Assembly (NCBI GenBank): GCA_026770705.1
Contig: JANJGN010000036.1
Coordinates: 2,790,001-2,854,000, forward strand
Direction: 5' to 3'
Length of the DNA: 64,000 nt
From: Isurus oxyrinchus
Taxonomy: Eukaryota
Shown here: positions 11,300-25,002 of the stretch, in pieces
Layout: each line of letters starts with the position of its first letter
Numbering within the stretch: position 1 is the first letter of the stretch
Program-made: the position numbers and the translations under genes
The notes under the pieces: model-generated
What the model was told of the DNA's origin: nothing
Databases searched by the model: none
Seen by the model: only the letters and a program-made list of their open reading frames with translations

Positions 11300-13880
11300 T
11301 TTCTCTGCTTCTCACTCTCTCTGTCTTTCTGCCACACTCTCTCTACCTCTACCTCTTTCCCCTCACTCTCTCTCTGCCTCTGCCTCTCTCTCTCTCTGCC
11401 TCTATGTCTCTGTCTCTCTGTCTCACTCTCTCTGTCTTTCTCTCTCTGCCACACTCTCTCTGCCTCCCTCTGCCACACTCTCTCTCTCTGCCTCACTCTG
11501 TCTTTTTCCATCTGTCTTTACCCCTCTGTCTTTTCCCCAGTGTTTTTCCCTCTGTCATTTCTCTTTTTCCCTAACTTTTTCCTTCTGAAATTTTCCCTCT
11601 GTCTTTTACCCTTCTTCCCTCTCGTACTCTATTCCCTCTCTCACTCTATTCCCTCTCTGTCTGCTCTCCATCCTCTCTCTCTGTCTAACTCCCCTCCTCT
11701 TTAACCTCTCTGCTGAATTCTCCTCCCCTTCTCTAATTCCCTCTGACTAACTCCTCTCAAACTCCACCAACCCCTAACTTATTCATTTTCCTTCTGTCTT
11801 TTCCCCTCTCTTTTCTCCTTCCCCCTCTCTCACTCTATTCCCTCTCTCACTCTACTCCCTCTCTCACTCTATTCCCTCTCTGTCTCCACTCCCTCCTCTC
11901 TGTCTAACTCCCCTCATCTCTAAACTCTCTGCTTAACTCCCCTCCCCCATTCTCTAATTCCCTCGTGTCTAACTCCTCTCAAACTCCACCCCTTCCCTGT
12001 CCAACTCCACCCCTTCCCTGTCCAACTCCACCCCCTTCCCTGTCCAACTCCACCCCCTTCCCTGTCCAACTCCACCCCCTTCCCTGTCCAACTCCACCCC
12101 CTTCCCTGTCCAATTCCACCCCCTTTCCTGTCAAGCTCTCACATCCCTCTCCTGTGTCTAATTCCCTGTCCTGTGTCTAATTCCCTCTCCTTTTATTCCC
12201 TCTCCTATATCTAATTCCCTCTCCTGTGTTTAATTTCCCCCTCCTGTGTCTAACATCCTCTCCTGTGTCTAACATCCTCTCCTCTGTCTAACATCATCTC
12301 CTGTGTCTAATTCCCTTTCCTGTGTCTAATTCCCTCTCCTGTGTCTCATTCCCTCTCTCAAATTCGCTCTCTCTCTGTCTAATTCCCCCTCTCTAATTAT
12401 TCTCTGTCTCTGGCTAATTTCCCTTTTTCTGTCTGTCTTTTCTCTTTTTCCGTGTCTTTTTCCCTCTGAAATTTTCCCTCTGACTTTTCCTTTTTCCCTC
12501 TGTCGTCTTTTTCCTCTCTCTATTCCCTCTCGCTCCCTTTCTATTCTCTCCCTCTTTTCCCCTGCCACACATTCCTCACCCCCGCACTTTCTCTATTCAG
12601 GGTCTCCCCTCCTCTCCCTGTCTAACTCAGTCTCTCGGTCTAACTCCCCCTCCCCCTCTGTCTAACTCCCCCCGACTCTCCCTAACTCCCCTCCTCTCTA
12701 ACTACCCTCCCCCTTGTCTTCCCCCCCCCGTCTAACTCCTCTCCAACTCTCTAAGTCCACACCCCCTCCCTGTCTAACAACCCCCTCTTTTTTTCATCCC
12801 CATCCTCTTTCTAATTCCCTTGTCTAATTCTCCCCTCCTGTCTAATTCTCCTGTACTGTGTCTAATTCCCTCTCCTGTGTCTAATTCCCTCTCCTGTGTC
12901 TAATTCCCTCTCCTGTGTCTAATTCCCTCTCCTGTGTCTAATTCCCTCTCCTGTGTCTAATTCCACTCTCTCCTGTGTCTAATTCCCTCTCCTGTGTCTA
13001 ATTCCCTCTCCTGTGTCTAATTCCCTCTCCTGTGTCTAATTCCACTCTCTCCTGTGTCTAATTCCACTCTCTCCTGTGTCTAATTCCACCCTGTCCTGTG
13101 TCTAATTCCACCCTGTCCTGTGTCTAATTCCACCCTGTCCTGTGTCTAATTCCACCCTGTCCTGTGTCTAATTCCACCCCGTCCTGTGTCTAATTCCATT
13201 CTCTCCTGTGTCTAATTCCATTCTCTCCTGTGTCTAATTCCATTCTCTCCTGTGTCTAATCCCACTGTCTCCTGTGTCTAATTACTCTCTTTGTCTAATT
13301 TCTCTTTTTCCCTCTGACTTTTCGTTTTTCCCGTCTTTTTCCCTCTGACCTTTTCCCTCTGACTTTTCCCTTTTCCCCCTGACTTTTCCCTCTGAAGTCT
13401 TTGCCCTCCCCTATTCCGTCTCTCTCTATTCCTTCTCTCCCTCACTCTATTCCCTCTCTCTAACTCCCTTCCTCTTTCTGTCTAACTCCCCTCCCCTCCT
13501 CTGTCTAATTCCCCTCCCCTCCTCTGTCTAACTCCCTCCCCCTATTCTCCCTAAATCCCCTCCTCCACTTCTCTAATTCCCCCCCCCCCCCCGTCTAACT
13601 CCACTGCAACTCCCTGTCCACCACCCTTTCCCTGTCTAACAACCCCTTCTTTGTCTCATCACCATCCTCTGTCTAATCTCCATGTCTGATTCTCCCTCCT
13701 GTCTAATTCCCACTCCTTTCTAATTCCCCTTTCTGTCTAAATTCCCACCCCACCCCCCCCATCTAATTCTCCCTCTCTAATTACTCTCTCTCTCTAACTC
13801 CCTCGCTCTCTGTATCTAAATCCCCATCCTATGTCTAATAACGCCCCCATAATGTGTCTAATTCTGCCCACCATCTGTCT
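11300..13880 (+). repeat. Pyrimidine-rich minisatellite complex (TCTAATTCCCTCTCCTGTG, 19-22 bp units)
   Basis: Homogeneous core at 12860-13275 with degenerate flanks. Confidence 0.9.
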
Positions 13881-14184
13881 AATTCCCCCTGCCCCAAGCC
13901 CTCACCCTGGATTTTAATGGCCCCTCTAACCCAACCCCAGCCCCCAGTGAGGGAGCAGAGACACTGAGAGGGAAAGATGGCACAGGGCTGGAATTAGGCT
14001 CGGTGTCATGGTGCAAACTGGGTGCTTGGCAATGGCTGCTCCCTTTACACATCCACCCCCCTTTTTCCACAAATCAATGGGAATAAAACTCGGGAGAGAT
14101 GGAAAACTCGATGATCTGGATCATTCTCGCCCCGACAACATCATGGCAATGAATCCAACTCTCCCCCTGAGCGCAGAGAAAGTC

Positions 14185-15260
14185 AGAGATGGGCAGACAG
14201 AGAGAGCAAGGGATAGGCGAACAGAGAGAGCGAGAGATGGGCAGACAGAGAGAGAGCGAGAGATGGGCAGACAGAGAGAGAGCAAGGGATAGGCGAACAG
14301 AGAGAGCGAGAGATGGGCAGTCAGAGAGAGAGCGAGAGATGGGCAGACAGAGAGAGAGCAAGGGATAGGCGAACAGAGAGAGCGAGAGATGGGCAGTCAG
14401 AGAGAGAGCGAGAGATGGGCAGACACAGAGAGCGAGAGATGGGCAGACATAAAGGGAGCGAGAGATGGGCAGACAGAGAGGAGCGAAATGGGCAGACAGA
14501 GAGAGTGTGAGATGGGCAGACAGAGCACAAGATGGGCAGACAGAGAGAGCAAGGGATGGACGGACAGAGAGAGCGAGAGATGGGCAGAGAGGGAGTGAGA
14601 GATTGGCAGAGAGGGAGTGAGAGATGGGCAGACAGAGAGAGAGCGAGAGATGGGCAGACACAGAGAGCGAGAGATGGGCAGACAGAGAGGGAGCGAGAGA
14701 TGGGCAGACAGAGAGGAGCGAAATGGGCAGACAGAGAGAGTGTGAGATGGGCAGACAGAGCACAAGATGGGCAGACAGAGAGAGCAAGGGATGGACGGAC
14801 AGAGAGAGCGAGAGATGGGCAGAGAGGGAGTGAGAAATGGGCAGAGAGGGAGTGAGAGATGGGCAGAGAGGGAGTGAGAGATTGGCAGAGAAGGAGTGAG
14901 AGATGGGCAGAAAGAGAGAGAGTGAGAGATGGGCAGACGGAGAGAGCGAGAGATGGGCAGACAGAGCGAGAGATGGGCAGACAGAGAGCGAGAGATGGGC
15001 AGACAGAGAGAGCATGAGATGTAGAGAGTGAGAGCGAGAGATGGGCAGACAGAGAGAGCGAGAGATGCACAGAGTGAGAGCGAGAGTGTAAAGAGAGAGA
15101 CTGAGAGATGGGCAGGCAGAGAGAGCGAGAGATGTAGAGAGAGAGAATGCTGCTGTGTTGTAGATCAAAGCAATGATCCACAGAGAGAGATGTGCAGAGA
15201 GAGAAAGATGCTGAGAGGCTGAGAGACAACGTGAGATGTAGAGAGAAATAGAGGAGCTGA
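14185..15260 (+). repeat. Purine-rich minisatellite (GAGAGATGGGCAGACAGAGAGAGC, ~22-26 bp)
   Basis: About 40 units, with a ~236-bp higher-order duplication (~14452 vs ~14688). Confidence 0.92.
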
Positions 15261-16489
15261 GGTGGGGGGGGGGAGATTGGAAAGAACAGAGTGACAAAGT
15301 TTCAGAGAGAGAGATGCAGAGAGATTTGTAGGAAGGGATAAAAAGGGAAACATTTCACAATTCAGAGAGGTCGAGATACAAAGGATTTGGAGAGATGGGA
15401 TTTGAAAGAAAGATGTGGGGAAACAGTGAGGATCATGGAGGAGCAGAGATAGAGTCGCAGGAAGAGGTGGAGGGATTGAACTCAATGGGATATTGAGTTC
15501 AATCTTGACTCAATATTGGGATTTCTGCAGCTCTGTGTCTGAACCTGGATCCCCCGAGTAACATTCCCATTCCCCAACTCCCTGACACTGAACCCAAGCA
15601 CAGTGTGAAAATTCCACAAGTCCTTTCTCTGGGAATAGGAATGAGTGACAAAGACACGGATACATTTTTATTATTATTTTTCTCTCTGGTTTTAGCTCTT
15701 GTCCGAGGATTCCTCGCGGCAAATCGATTCCCTCTCTGCATCGTCAATGCCCAGCTTCCAAATCCATTCTCCTTGGGACAGAGAGAGAGAGAAATGGAAA
15801 TTGATTAAAATAAAGCAAAGATTATTGAAACAAAAAAGACAGAGTAAGATCCCAGGGCTCTTCTCACTCACTTACATCCACAATCTCGGACAGGCCGGTG
15901 GACGGGGGGAGAGGCACCATTTGAAAAACACATCCCCTGTTATTAAACACAGACAATAGGAAGAGATTTAAAACGAGATGAAGGTGTAAATGCCTCATGA
16001 CCACCCGTCTCCCTCTGTGTTAAACCTGCCAGCTCCAGCTGCTTTACTGCCTCATTGTAAAAAACACACAAACACTGATCATTCCCCCTCACCGTCCCTC
16101 TCCCATTCACTGCCCCCACTCCCTCTACCTGCTCACTCCAGGGCTGCTGCTGTTTAGACACAGAATATTCACATTGCACTTTCCACTTCTAACACTGTCA
16201 CCTCTCCCTCTCCCTTCCTCACTCTGTTTCTCTCCCCCTCTCTGTAAATATCTAGCTCACCCCATCCCTGCTCATCTTTCCCTCCCTATCTCCCACTTGA
16301 TAATCTGTAGCTATTTCTGTTCTTTTTCCCTTCCTCAGGATTGAACTTGATTGAAAGACAATCTGAAAAGTTTCTGTCTGACCATTTGAAATAATGATGC
16401 ACTGTGGCCATGTTTTATATTTATTGATGATTTACTGAGAGAAATGGGGGGGCGGAAATGAGAATAATCCTCAATCAGCCGGTCAGTAA

Positions 16490-19400
16490 ACTGAACGCAG
16501 GGTGGATAGCCATGGTTGCAGTGCAGGACAGACTGCAGGCCAGACATGCACAGCAAGATCCCACAAGCAAGGTGATGGTAGCCAGGTATCCTTCCCCCCC
16601 TCCACACCCCCAGAAATGGCTAATCTTCCTCTTTTAAACTGGGGTCAGGTGGGGTGGGGTGGTGGGGAACTGATTGTTTTGCAAAATTTTGAAGACTTCA
16701 GAGAAAACATTGAGTGGAATTAAACCCCCACTCCCCACCCCGTCTGATTCATCATCTGGCCTTCAACACAGGGAAGATAACAGTAAATAAACAAAATAAA
16801 AATAGCAAGGACAGTGGCACATTTAGACATTCAATTCAAGGAGCTCAAACATTGGACAGTCAATACATTAATGTTTACAAGCGCACAGCAGGATCCCACA
16901 GACAGCACCACGAGAGACATGGCCACAATGCAGAAACTCCAGATCCTGTGTCTCCCTCATAACCGCCCCTCCTTCCATCTGTTACCTCCCCACTCAATAT
17001 TTCCCTCAATCTATCCTCTTTCCCACCTCTCCCCCTCTCTCCCGCTCTCTGTTTCTCACATGCCAGAATATGGAGAGGCAGAGAGAGAGAGAGAGAAAAC
17101 CACAGTCAGGGCCTCAATAAACTCCGTTCAAAATGGTTCCTGCACATTTCATTAAAGCCTCAATTCATCGCAGTGTCTAAAACAGCAGCATTATTCGGGG
17201 AAACAGCTTCGTGTGAACAAGTTTCACTTCAGGCCCTCCCGCCTGCTTCACCAGTCGGTAAATTAATTTTTAAATTGTGCTCCCTGCTGGTCATTTGGAA
17301 AACCCTGTTGGTGTTTGCGCACAGAAAGATCCCACACACTGCAGTCTGCTCACAGTCAGATCAAAGTAGTTTAGGTTGAGAATTGGTGAAAAGGCAAGGC
17401 AGGGAAATATCTTTAAACAAGATAGCACAGATTGGCCCCTCAGTGACACAGATTGTTTTCACAAATCCAACATTCTGGAAGGCTGAGATTGAGGGTCTTT
17501 TCTCCAGGGACTGGGAGCCGGGCAGTGACTGCACGCCAGAGACCCCCAGGTCCTCGTCTCTTCCCTCCCTGGCCCTCCATCTCCCTGTTTTCCTCCCTCT
17601 CCCCTTTCTCTCTCCCTCCCTGATAAGTCACAATTGAAAGAGGGAGAGAGAGACAGCAAGCAAACACACAATCACATCCTCAATCAAATGAATTCAACAG
17701 GCTGCTGCACATTTTGTTTCACCATCACATTCATCTCCTGAAACACGGGCCTTATTGGGAAGTTCAGACAATGCTCAGCCCCTCCCTCAAGGGCCCTGAA
17801 ATTAGGTCGTGAATTGGGCCCAGTCACAGATTGTGCATTAAATCTCAGGGACAGGAACAGGCCCCAGTCTAACAGAACATTCCTCTCCCTCCACAGCTCA
17901 GCCCAAACCTCACAGACAGGGCTGGAGGTAGTGAGAGGAAAATGGGACCCACTCCCCATCAACCCCCACTCCAACCCCCTCCACCCACCACCCCACAATT
18001 CAAACAAGGGCAAATCACACTGGGACTTTTCTATCAGTTTACTACAAGATGAAGTAAAGAAAGAAATGTCTGGAAAGAGAGAGGGAGAGAGAAAGCTGGA
18101 GTGACAGAGACAGGGAAAATCCACCCCCTCCCCCAGAAACCCTCAACCTCCCACAAAGACAATCCTGGGGTTTAGAACAAGCCTTTACCCAGGATCAGGG
18201 TCTTTTCATTTGAATGACAGTCAATGAACTGGTTTTTCTTTAACATCGTGTGGTGCCTGTTGGAGTTCAGGAAAAGTTGCAGGCCATTTCTGCACAGGGG
18301 GATCCCACAGGCAGCAATGTGATGCTATCCGGATGGGGACAGGGAGACAGATTCCTTCCCCATCCTCATGCCTGCTGTAATTCTCCCTCTCCCTCTACCC
18401 CGGGCACCATGTGTGCTCTGAGTCTGGACACATCCCCAGAAAGGCCTAAACTCCCTCTTTAAAGCTGGAACAAGCTGCTGCTTCCTTGTTGAGAATTTTT
18501 GAAATCTCCATCCCAGCATCGATTTTTACAAACCAGGCATGCCCAGGAGCGTCTGTCTGAGGCTTTCCTGCAGGGACTGGGAGCTGGGCACTGACTCCAC
18601 ACTGGAGACCCCCCTCCCCATATCCTATGTCTCTTCCTCACCCCTTACCCCCTGCCTCTGTTTCACTGTCTTTTCCTGTTTCCCTCACTCTCCTCTCTCT
18701 CTCTCTGTTGTAACGTCGGGACAAATAGAGAGACAGACTGAATTCAAATGATTTGCTCCAGCTTCCAATTCATCGCCCTGCCTAAAACACCAGCAGTATT
18801 CAGGAATTATCACAATCTTTTACACACTTTCACAGTTTGGAATTGGTAAAGGCTCCTGAGGGACTGGAAATTAGTCCAATCAGCACATTTTAAAAATTTA
18901 ACTCATTGTGGCACAGTATGAAACACTGCAGGCATATTGTGCAGAGCAAGATCCCACAGGGGGCAGTCAGTTTTGGTCAGCACTTCTTAAATTGGGCAAA
19001 TATTTACACACAGAGAGAGGGAGCAATTTGGAGAGAGACTTAGACAGTGAAGACCTCCCCCTTCAGAAGCTCACAAAGACTGAGTGCTTTACAGTGAAGG
19101 AATTAATTTTGAAAATACACTCATTGTTAGTGAGTCACTTGCTTCACCGCCCCTCGCTTCATTTTTGCAATTCAGCTTTTCTAGAAGGAGGTGACTGGGA
19201 ACTGGGCAGAGTCTACACATTGGAGACCCCCAGACCCTGTGTCCATTCACCCCCGTCTTGTTTTGCTATCTCTGCCCCTCTGTTTCCCCTCACTCACTCC
19301 CCCTTTGTTTCTCTCTCTCTCTTCACCCATTTCTCTTATTAAGGGAGAAAGATGGAGAGACCGAGGGAGAGAGAAGAGGCTGAGAATTTTACAATCAGAT

Positions 19401-20910
19401 CAGTGAAGTGAATTAAATTAGCTGTTGGGCCTTTACCTTTCACTGTTACATTAATTGCTCTCAGGAACGCGCCCTGTGTTCTTGGTGAATTAGACCCGGG
19501 TACAAGTTCTGGCCTTTTTAATCCCACACCCCTGTGAGTGCTGGATAGAAATGCACTCTGGAAAGTTCCTGTTTTACTATCTCAAACAAAAATGCACACC
19601 GCACTGGCCATGTTTTATATTGACAATTCCACAATCTGATCCCCCCCGCCTCAGTCAATGAAATAGTTATTAGGGCTGCAATTAAGGCATTTCTGCACAG
19701 CAGGATCCCATGAGCGGTCCCACAATGGAGGAGTACACCCCCAAGACCCTGTGTCTCCTTCCCCAGCCTCTGAGCCCGCAACTCACCCACTCCCTCTCTG
19801 TTGAACTCTCCCTCATTCTGTTCCTCTTTCTCTCTCTGCCCCCACCTCTCCCTCCACACCCTCTTCCTTCCCCTCATTCTTTCATTTTTTAAATGTGGTC
19901 ACTCTTGTGGAGGGCAAGGAACAGGTCAGGGTGCGGGGGGCAGACCAAGTGTACGCAGAAAGATCCCACTCACCACCTGCATGTGCCCAGTTAAAAACGT
20001 TTTGGTTGAGAATTGGGGGAAAGTGAGTGGGGAATGGGCCTCACCCCCTCTCTCTCCCCCAACACCCCCCCCCCCCAATTAAAATAACCACAGATCATAT
20101 TGGTATTTTTATACATTTTATTGAAAGATGAAATATGGACAGAATTGACTGTAGAGGGAGAGAGAGAAAGATGGAGAGAGAGAGACTGAGGGCTGCTCTC
20201 CCCCGACCCTCACCACCAGCACCCCCCAGAGCTATATTAAACTGAATTCAAATGGCTGCTGCCCCTTCCATTTAACCCAGGAAACCCTGTGCCCCGGCCT
20301 GTCTAACACTCACAGACATGACTCTGGGGGTGAAAAGAAGCCTTCACAAAGGCTCCAGATTCTCATTTCAGGCTCTCTCTCTCTCGCCAACTGCTTCACC
20401 TTCCATGAACCCATTTTTATCAAGTGTGGTCACTGATGCAGTTCAGGAAAGGCTGCAGGCCTCTGTGTTTTTCTTTTACACAGCAGGGATCCCATGACTT
20501 TCCCTATCTCCACACCTGTTGTGAAAGCCTCTCTCTCCCCCCCTTCCCCGTGTGGATTCCCCAGTCTGGGGTCATCTCCTCAGTTCCGCCCCACCCTCCC
20601 CCAACACAACCCCCTGAAAGGGCTGAAACTCAAACTGGGAAGCAGCTGGATTCTCTCAGGATACATTTTTAAAATCACTCCCTCAGGATTTCAGCTGGTG
20701 TAAAATCCCACTTTCAGGAAGGCCCTGACTGGGAGCTGGGCAGTGACTGCAAACAAGGAGCCCTCTCACCCCCAGGACCCTGTGTCTTTTAACCCCCCAA
20801 CCCAACTCCGCTCTGTTTTGTTATCTCACCCCCTCTTTCCCCTGACCTCTCCTTTCTCTCTCTCATGTGGGAAAAGGCCACAGGCCACTGTGGGCACAGC
20901 AAGATCAGCT
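16490..20910 (-). repeat. Degenerate macro-repeat containing ~9 co-oriented Deu-domain SINE fragments
   Basis: gcacagca(a/g)gatcccac motif at ~16547, 16882, 17320, 18292, 18941, 19694, 19955, 20480, 20895. Second motif gactgggagctgggca.tgact.cac at ~17509, 18575, 19193, 20727. Confidence 0.65.
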
Positions 20911-22499
20911 GGATGGAGAGAGAGAGAAATCCACAAACAGAAGCAGCAAAAACTGCATTAAAACGGTTCCCCCTGTCCTCATCTGTCTCCAGAAGGTGCT
21001 TAACTCCCTGTCTTATTTTGGAATTATAACAAGCTTTTAAACAGCTTCAGGTTTCAGATTTTTAATCTCTTTCTCACACACCAAAGGTTTAATGTGTTTG
21101 TGATTAATTGCAAGGCCGTGCTATTTTAAAGAGCCCAGGATTCCATCCCCATCCTTCACAGTTACACTATCTCTCAGCAACATCCAAATACAAAAATATC
21201 CCAGTTATAAACCCGAGGCTAAAACAGATTGAGAGACCGGTCGGTCCCTCCCCTATGTTTCTCTTTGTATCTCTCTCTCCTTAACTCACTCACATCCCAG
21301 TCCCCCTCACACTCTCTCTCTCTCTCTGTCTCAGAGATAAAAACTAAAACTTGATCGGGATAATAAACACACACCTCACGTGGGCGAAGCCTGTGGACCA
21401 GGCCTCAGTCTATCCCCCTCTGGAAGAAGCTCCTTGTCCTTGTCTCAAACTTTCCCTCTTTGCATCCTCACCTTCCAGGTTTCAGATTACAAATTTCTCA
21501 GTAGAAAAAGAGATAAAATTGGTTAAAAAGACAAAAACAAGGACATTTTTTCAAAACAATGTAGCACAGCCAGAGTTTCCATTCTCAAGTCAATCTCTCA
21601 GCAACTTCCCAACACAAACAAATCACAGTTTGAAAGCAGAATGAGACACATAGAAACACACACAGACATTGAACCAGAGTGAGGAGGGTGTTCATTCTCT
21701 CCAGAGAGAGAGTGTACAGGGAGTTTGTTGGATTGGGACTGGTTTGGGAATATCTTGATCCACATTGATCCTGGGTGAGCTGTATACAGACTCCACCCCC
21801 TTATTCTCGGATTTGTTTGGAATGTCTCTCAGTCCCACCCCTAGGATGCCCGTCCATTGAATGTTAATCCCAGGACAGGACACCTTGCTGATCCTGTCCA
21901 TTGAGGTGTTAATCCCAGGACAGACATGGTTTCAACAAGGGTCTGTCTTTATTTTTGGGTTAATTTTAAATCTATCTTTCTTTCCCCTATTGGTTGTGTT
22001 ACTCCAGTTCCAAACCCTGATCCCACACAAAGCCCTAAAACACTGGCAGTAACACTCGCTCCCCCACGACACACAGGAAGTAGACAGAGAATGGAGCTTT
22101 TTACTGAGGTTGTGTCTGTGGATGTTTTACTGACCTCACTGTGGATTGTACAGTTTGTGAGTTTGTCCCTCTGTGTGTGTCCCTCTGTGTCTGTGTGTGT
22201 GTGTGTGAATCTGTGAGTAGTGTGTGTGTCTCTGTAAGAGTGTGTGTGTGCATGTCTTGTCTGTCTGTGTGCATCTGTGTGTCTGTGTACGTGTGTCTGT
22301 ATACATCTGTCTTCTAGAGTATCTCCCTGTCTCCTGACACTTCCTGCGCTGCCTGGTGAAGACATGTAAAGAACTCAAGTTACACACAACCTCATTCCCC
22401 TGCCCTACATTTTAAGAGTAATTACTCCCTTTCTTACCACCCATTACCCACTTTCTACCCACCCAGATGAAAGAATGTTCTCACCATGAGGGGTAATAA

Positions 22500-24760
22500 A
22501 TTATCTCATCCCATTTCTTACTCATCTCTCTCTCTCCCTCTCACCCCAACCCTCTCTCCCTCTCACCCAACCCTCTCCCACTCTCACCCCAAATCTCTCT
22601 CTCCTTCTCACCCCAACACTCTCTCCCTCTCATCCCCATGCTCTCTATCTCTCCCCACTCCCTCTCTTTCATCCTATCGCTCTCTCTCCCTCCCACCCCA
22701 TCTCTCTTTCCCTCCCACCCCATCTCTCTTTCCCTCTCACCCAATCTCTCTTTCCCTCTCACCCCATCTCTCTTTCCCTCCCACCCCATCTCTCTTTCCC
22801 TCCCACCCCATCTCTCTTTCCCTCTCACCCCATCTCTCTTTCCCTCTCACACCATCCCCCGCTCCCTCTCACACCATCTCTCTGTCTCGCCACATCTCCC
22901 TCTCGCCTCACCTCATCTACCTCTCGCTCCCACACACACACCCTCTCTCTCTCTCTCACTCTCTCACTCACACACACACATTCTCTCTCACACACAAACA
23001 CACACACACAGATATATTCTCATACACAGACACATGAACACACATACACATACACACAGTCACACACAGATATTTCTCACTTTCACATACACAAACGTAT
23101 ACACATTCTCTCTCTCCTTACACACTCAGACACACACATTCTCTCTCTCGCTCACACACGCATACACGTTCTCTCTCCCGCTCTCTCTCTCACGGCAAAC
23201 ACACACACATGCATACACACTTTCACACAGACATGTCTTCTGATACACAAACTCGCACACTCTCCCTCTCTCAAGTTCACTCCTGCAATCTCTCACACAG
23301 TCTCTCACACAATCTCTCTCATGCTGTCACTCAGACACAAGCCCTCTCACACGCAATCCCTCTCACATGCAATCCTTCTCACACACAATGCCCCTCAAAC
23401 CTAATCCTTTTTAACATGCAATGCCCTCACAAGCAATCCCTTTCACACGCAATCCCCCTAACATGCAATCCCCTTCACACACAATCCCCTTCACATGCAG
23501 TCCCCCAACATGCAATCCATCTTACACACAATCCCCCTCACATGCAATCCCCCAACGGACAATCCCTCTCACACGCAATACCCCTCACATGCAATCTCCC
23601 TCACACACAATCCCTCTCACATGCAATCCAACTCACACGCAATCCACCTCACACGCAATCCCTCTCACACACAATCCCCCTCACACACAATCCTTCTCAC
23701 ACACAATCCCTCTCACACACAATCCCTCTCACACACAATCCCTCTCACACACAATCTCTCTCACTTAATCCCTCACACACACAATCCCTCTCACACAGAA
23801 TCCCCCTCAAACACAATCCCTCTTACACATAATCCCTCTCACACACAATCCCCCTCACACACAATCCCTATCACACACAATCACTCTCACACACAATCCC
23901 TCTCACACACAATCCCGCTCACACACAATACCCCTCGCACACAGTCCCGCTCACACACAATACCCCTCGCACACAATCACTCTCACACACAATCCCTCTC
24001 TCACACAATCCCTCTCACACACAATCCCTCTCACACACAATCCCCCGACACACAATCCCTCTCACACATAATCTCTCTCACACACAATCGCCCTCACCAC
24101 AATCCCTCTCACACACGCTCTCACACATTTTCTCTCTCTCTCACACAGACTCTCTCTTCCCCCATGGTCTCTCTCCCAACACACCCCCACACTCCGCCCC
24201 TCCCACCCTCCATCTACCCCTACGGTCTCTCCATTTTTGGATGAGAGAGAGATGGTGACAGAGTCTGGAGATCCCTTCTCACCCCATTTCTCAGCCTCTT
24301 TCTCTTGCACCCCTTCTTTCTCTCACTGTCTGTCCCACTCTCTCTCTCTCTTGCACCATCTCTCCCATGCCCTGGCTCCTTGACGCTTTCTGTCCCTCTC
24401 TCTCACTCCATCTCTCTCTCCTCAGTCCTCGGTCACTATCGCTCCCTCTCTCTCTTCCCCATCTCTCTGTCACTCCTTGTCCTTTTCTCTCTTACACCGT
24501 GTCTCTCTCTCTTGCACTGTCACACTATTAGTCTCTCCCTACTCCGAATCTCTCTCTCTCTCCACCCCTCTCTCTCTCACCCAGTCCCTCTCTCTCTCTC
24601 TCTCTCTCTCTCCCTTTCTCTTTCTCTGTCTCTCGCCTTCACCCTCTTGCTCTGTCCAGATCTATCTCTCTCTCTCTCCCTGTCTCTCTGTTTGACTCTA
24701 TCTTTCTCTCTCTCATCCTGTCTTGCTCCCTCTGTCTCTGTCCCTCTCTCTTGCCCAGTA
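22500..24760 (+). repeat. CT/CA-rich minisatellites (22-bp ctctctttccctcccaccccat; 16-bp acacacaatccctctc at 23330-24120)
   Basis: Direct inspection. These account for the long S/H/T/P-rich ORFs. Confidence 0.9.
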
Positions 24761-25002
24761 TTTTTTGACCACAAATTGGATGTGAAGCTGAGGGGAAAAT
24801 ATTTGCAGAGTTACGGGGAAAGGGTGGACAAGTGAGGACAGCAAAACTGCTCTTGCAGAGAGTCGACAGTAGCTCGATGGGCTGAATGGCCTCCTCCTGT
24901 GCTGTAACCATTTTGTGATACACACAAAGATTATGTTTTCGTTCTCAAATAAGCTTTACTCCTTCCTCCATTGGAGGTTCCAGCACTTACATGTCACATG
25001 TG

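Noticed and set aside
14185-15260. G-rich repeat as an Ig switch-like region
   Set aside because: It lacks AGCT/WGCW density, light chains do not switch, and it lies 19 kb from C.
14074-15297. 407-aa and 302-aa ORFs
   Set aside because: Translations of a GA/CT minisatellite (S/L/H/C repeats), open in several frames, with no protein features.
15599-15605. Isolated CACAGTG/CACTGTG heptamers (also 58, 22137, 53219)
   Set aside because: No nonamer at 12 or 23 bp and no adjacent V or J coding sequence. No second V, J or C was found in the window.
22486-24835. Long His/Thr/Pro/Ser-rich ORFs (mucin-like)
   Set aside because: Products of 16-22 bp CA/CT minisatellites, open in all frames.
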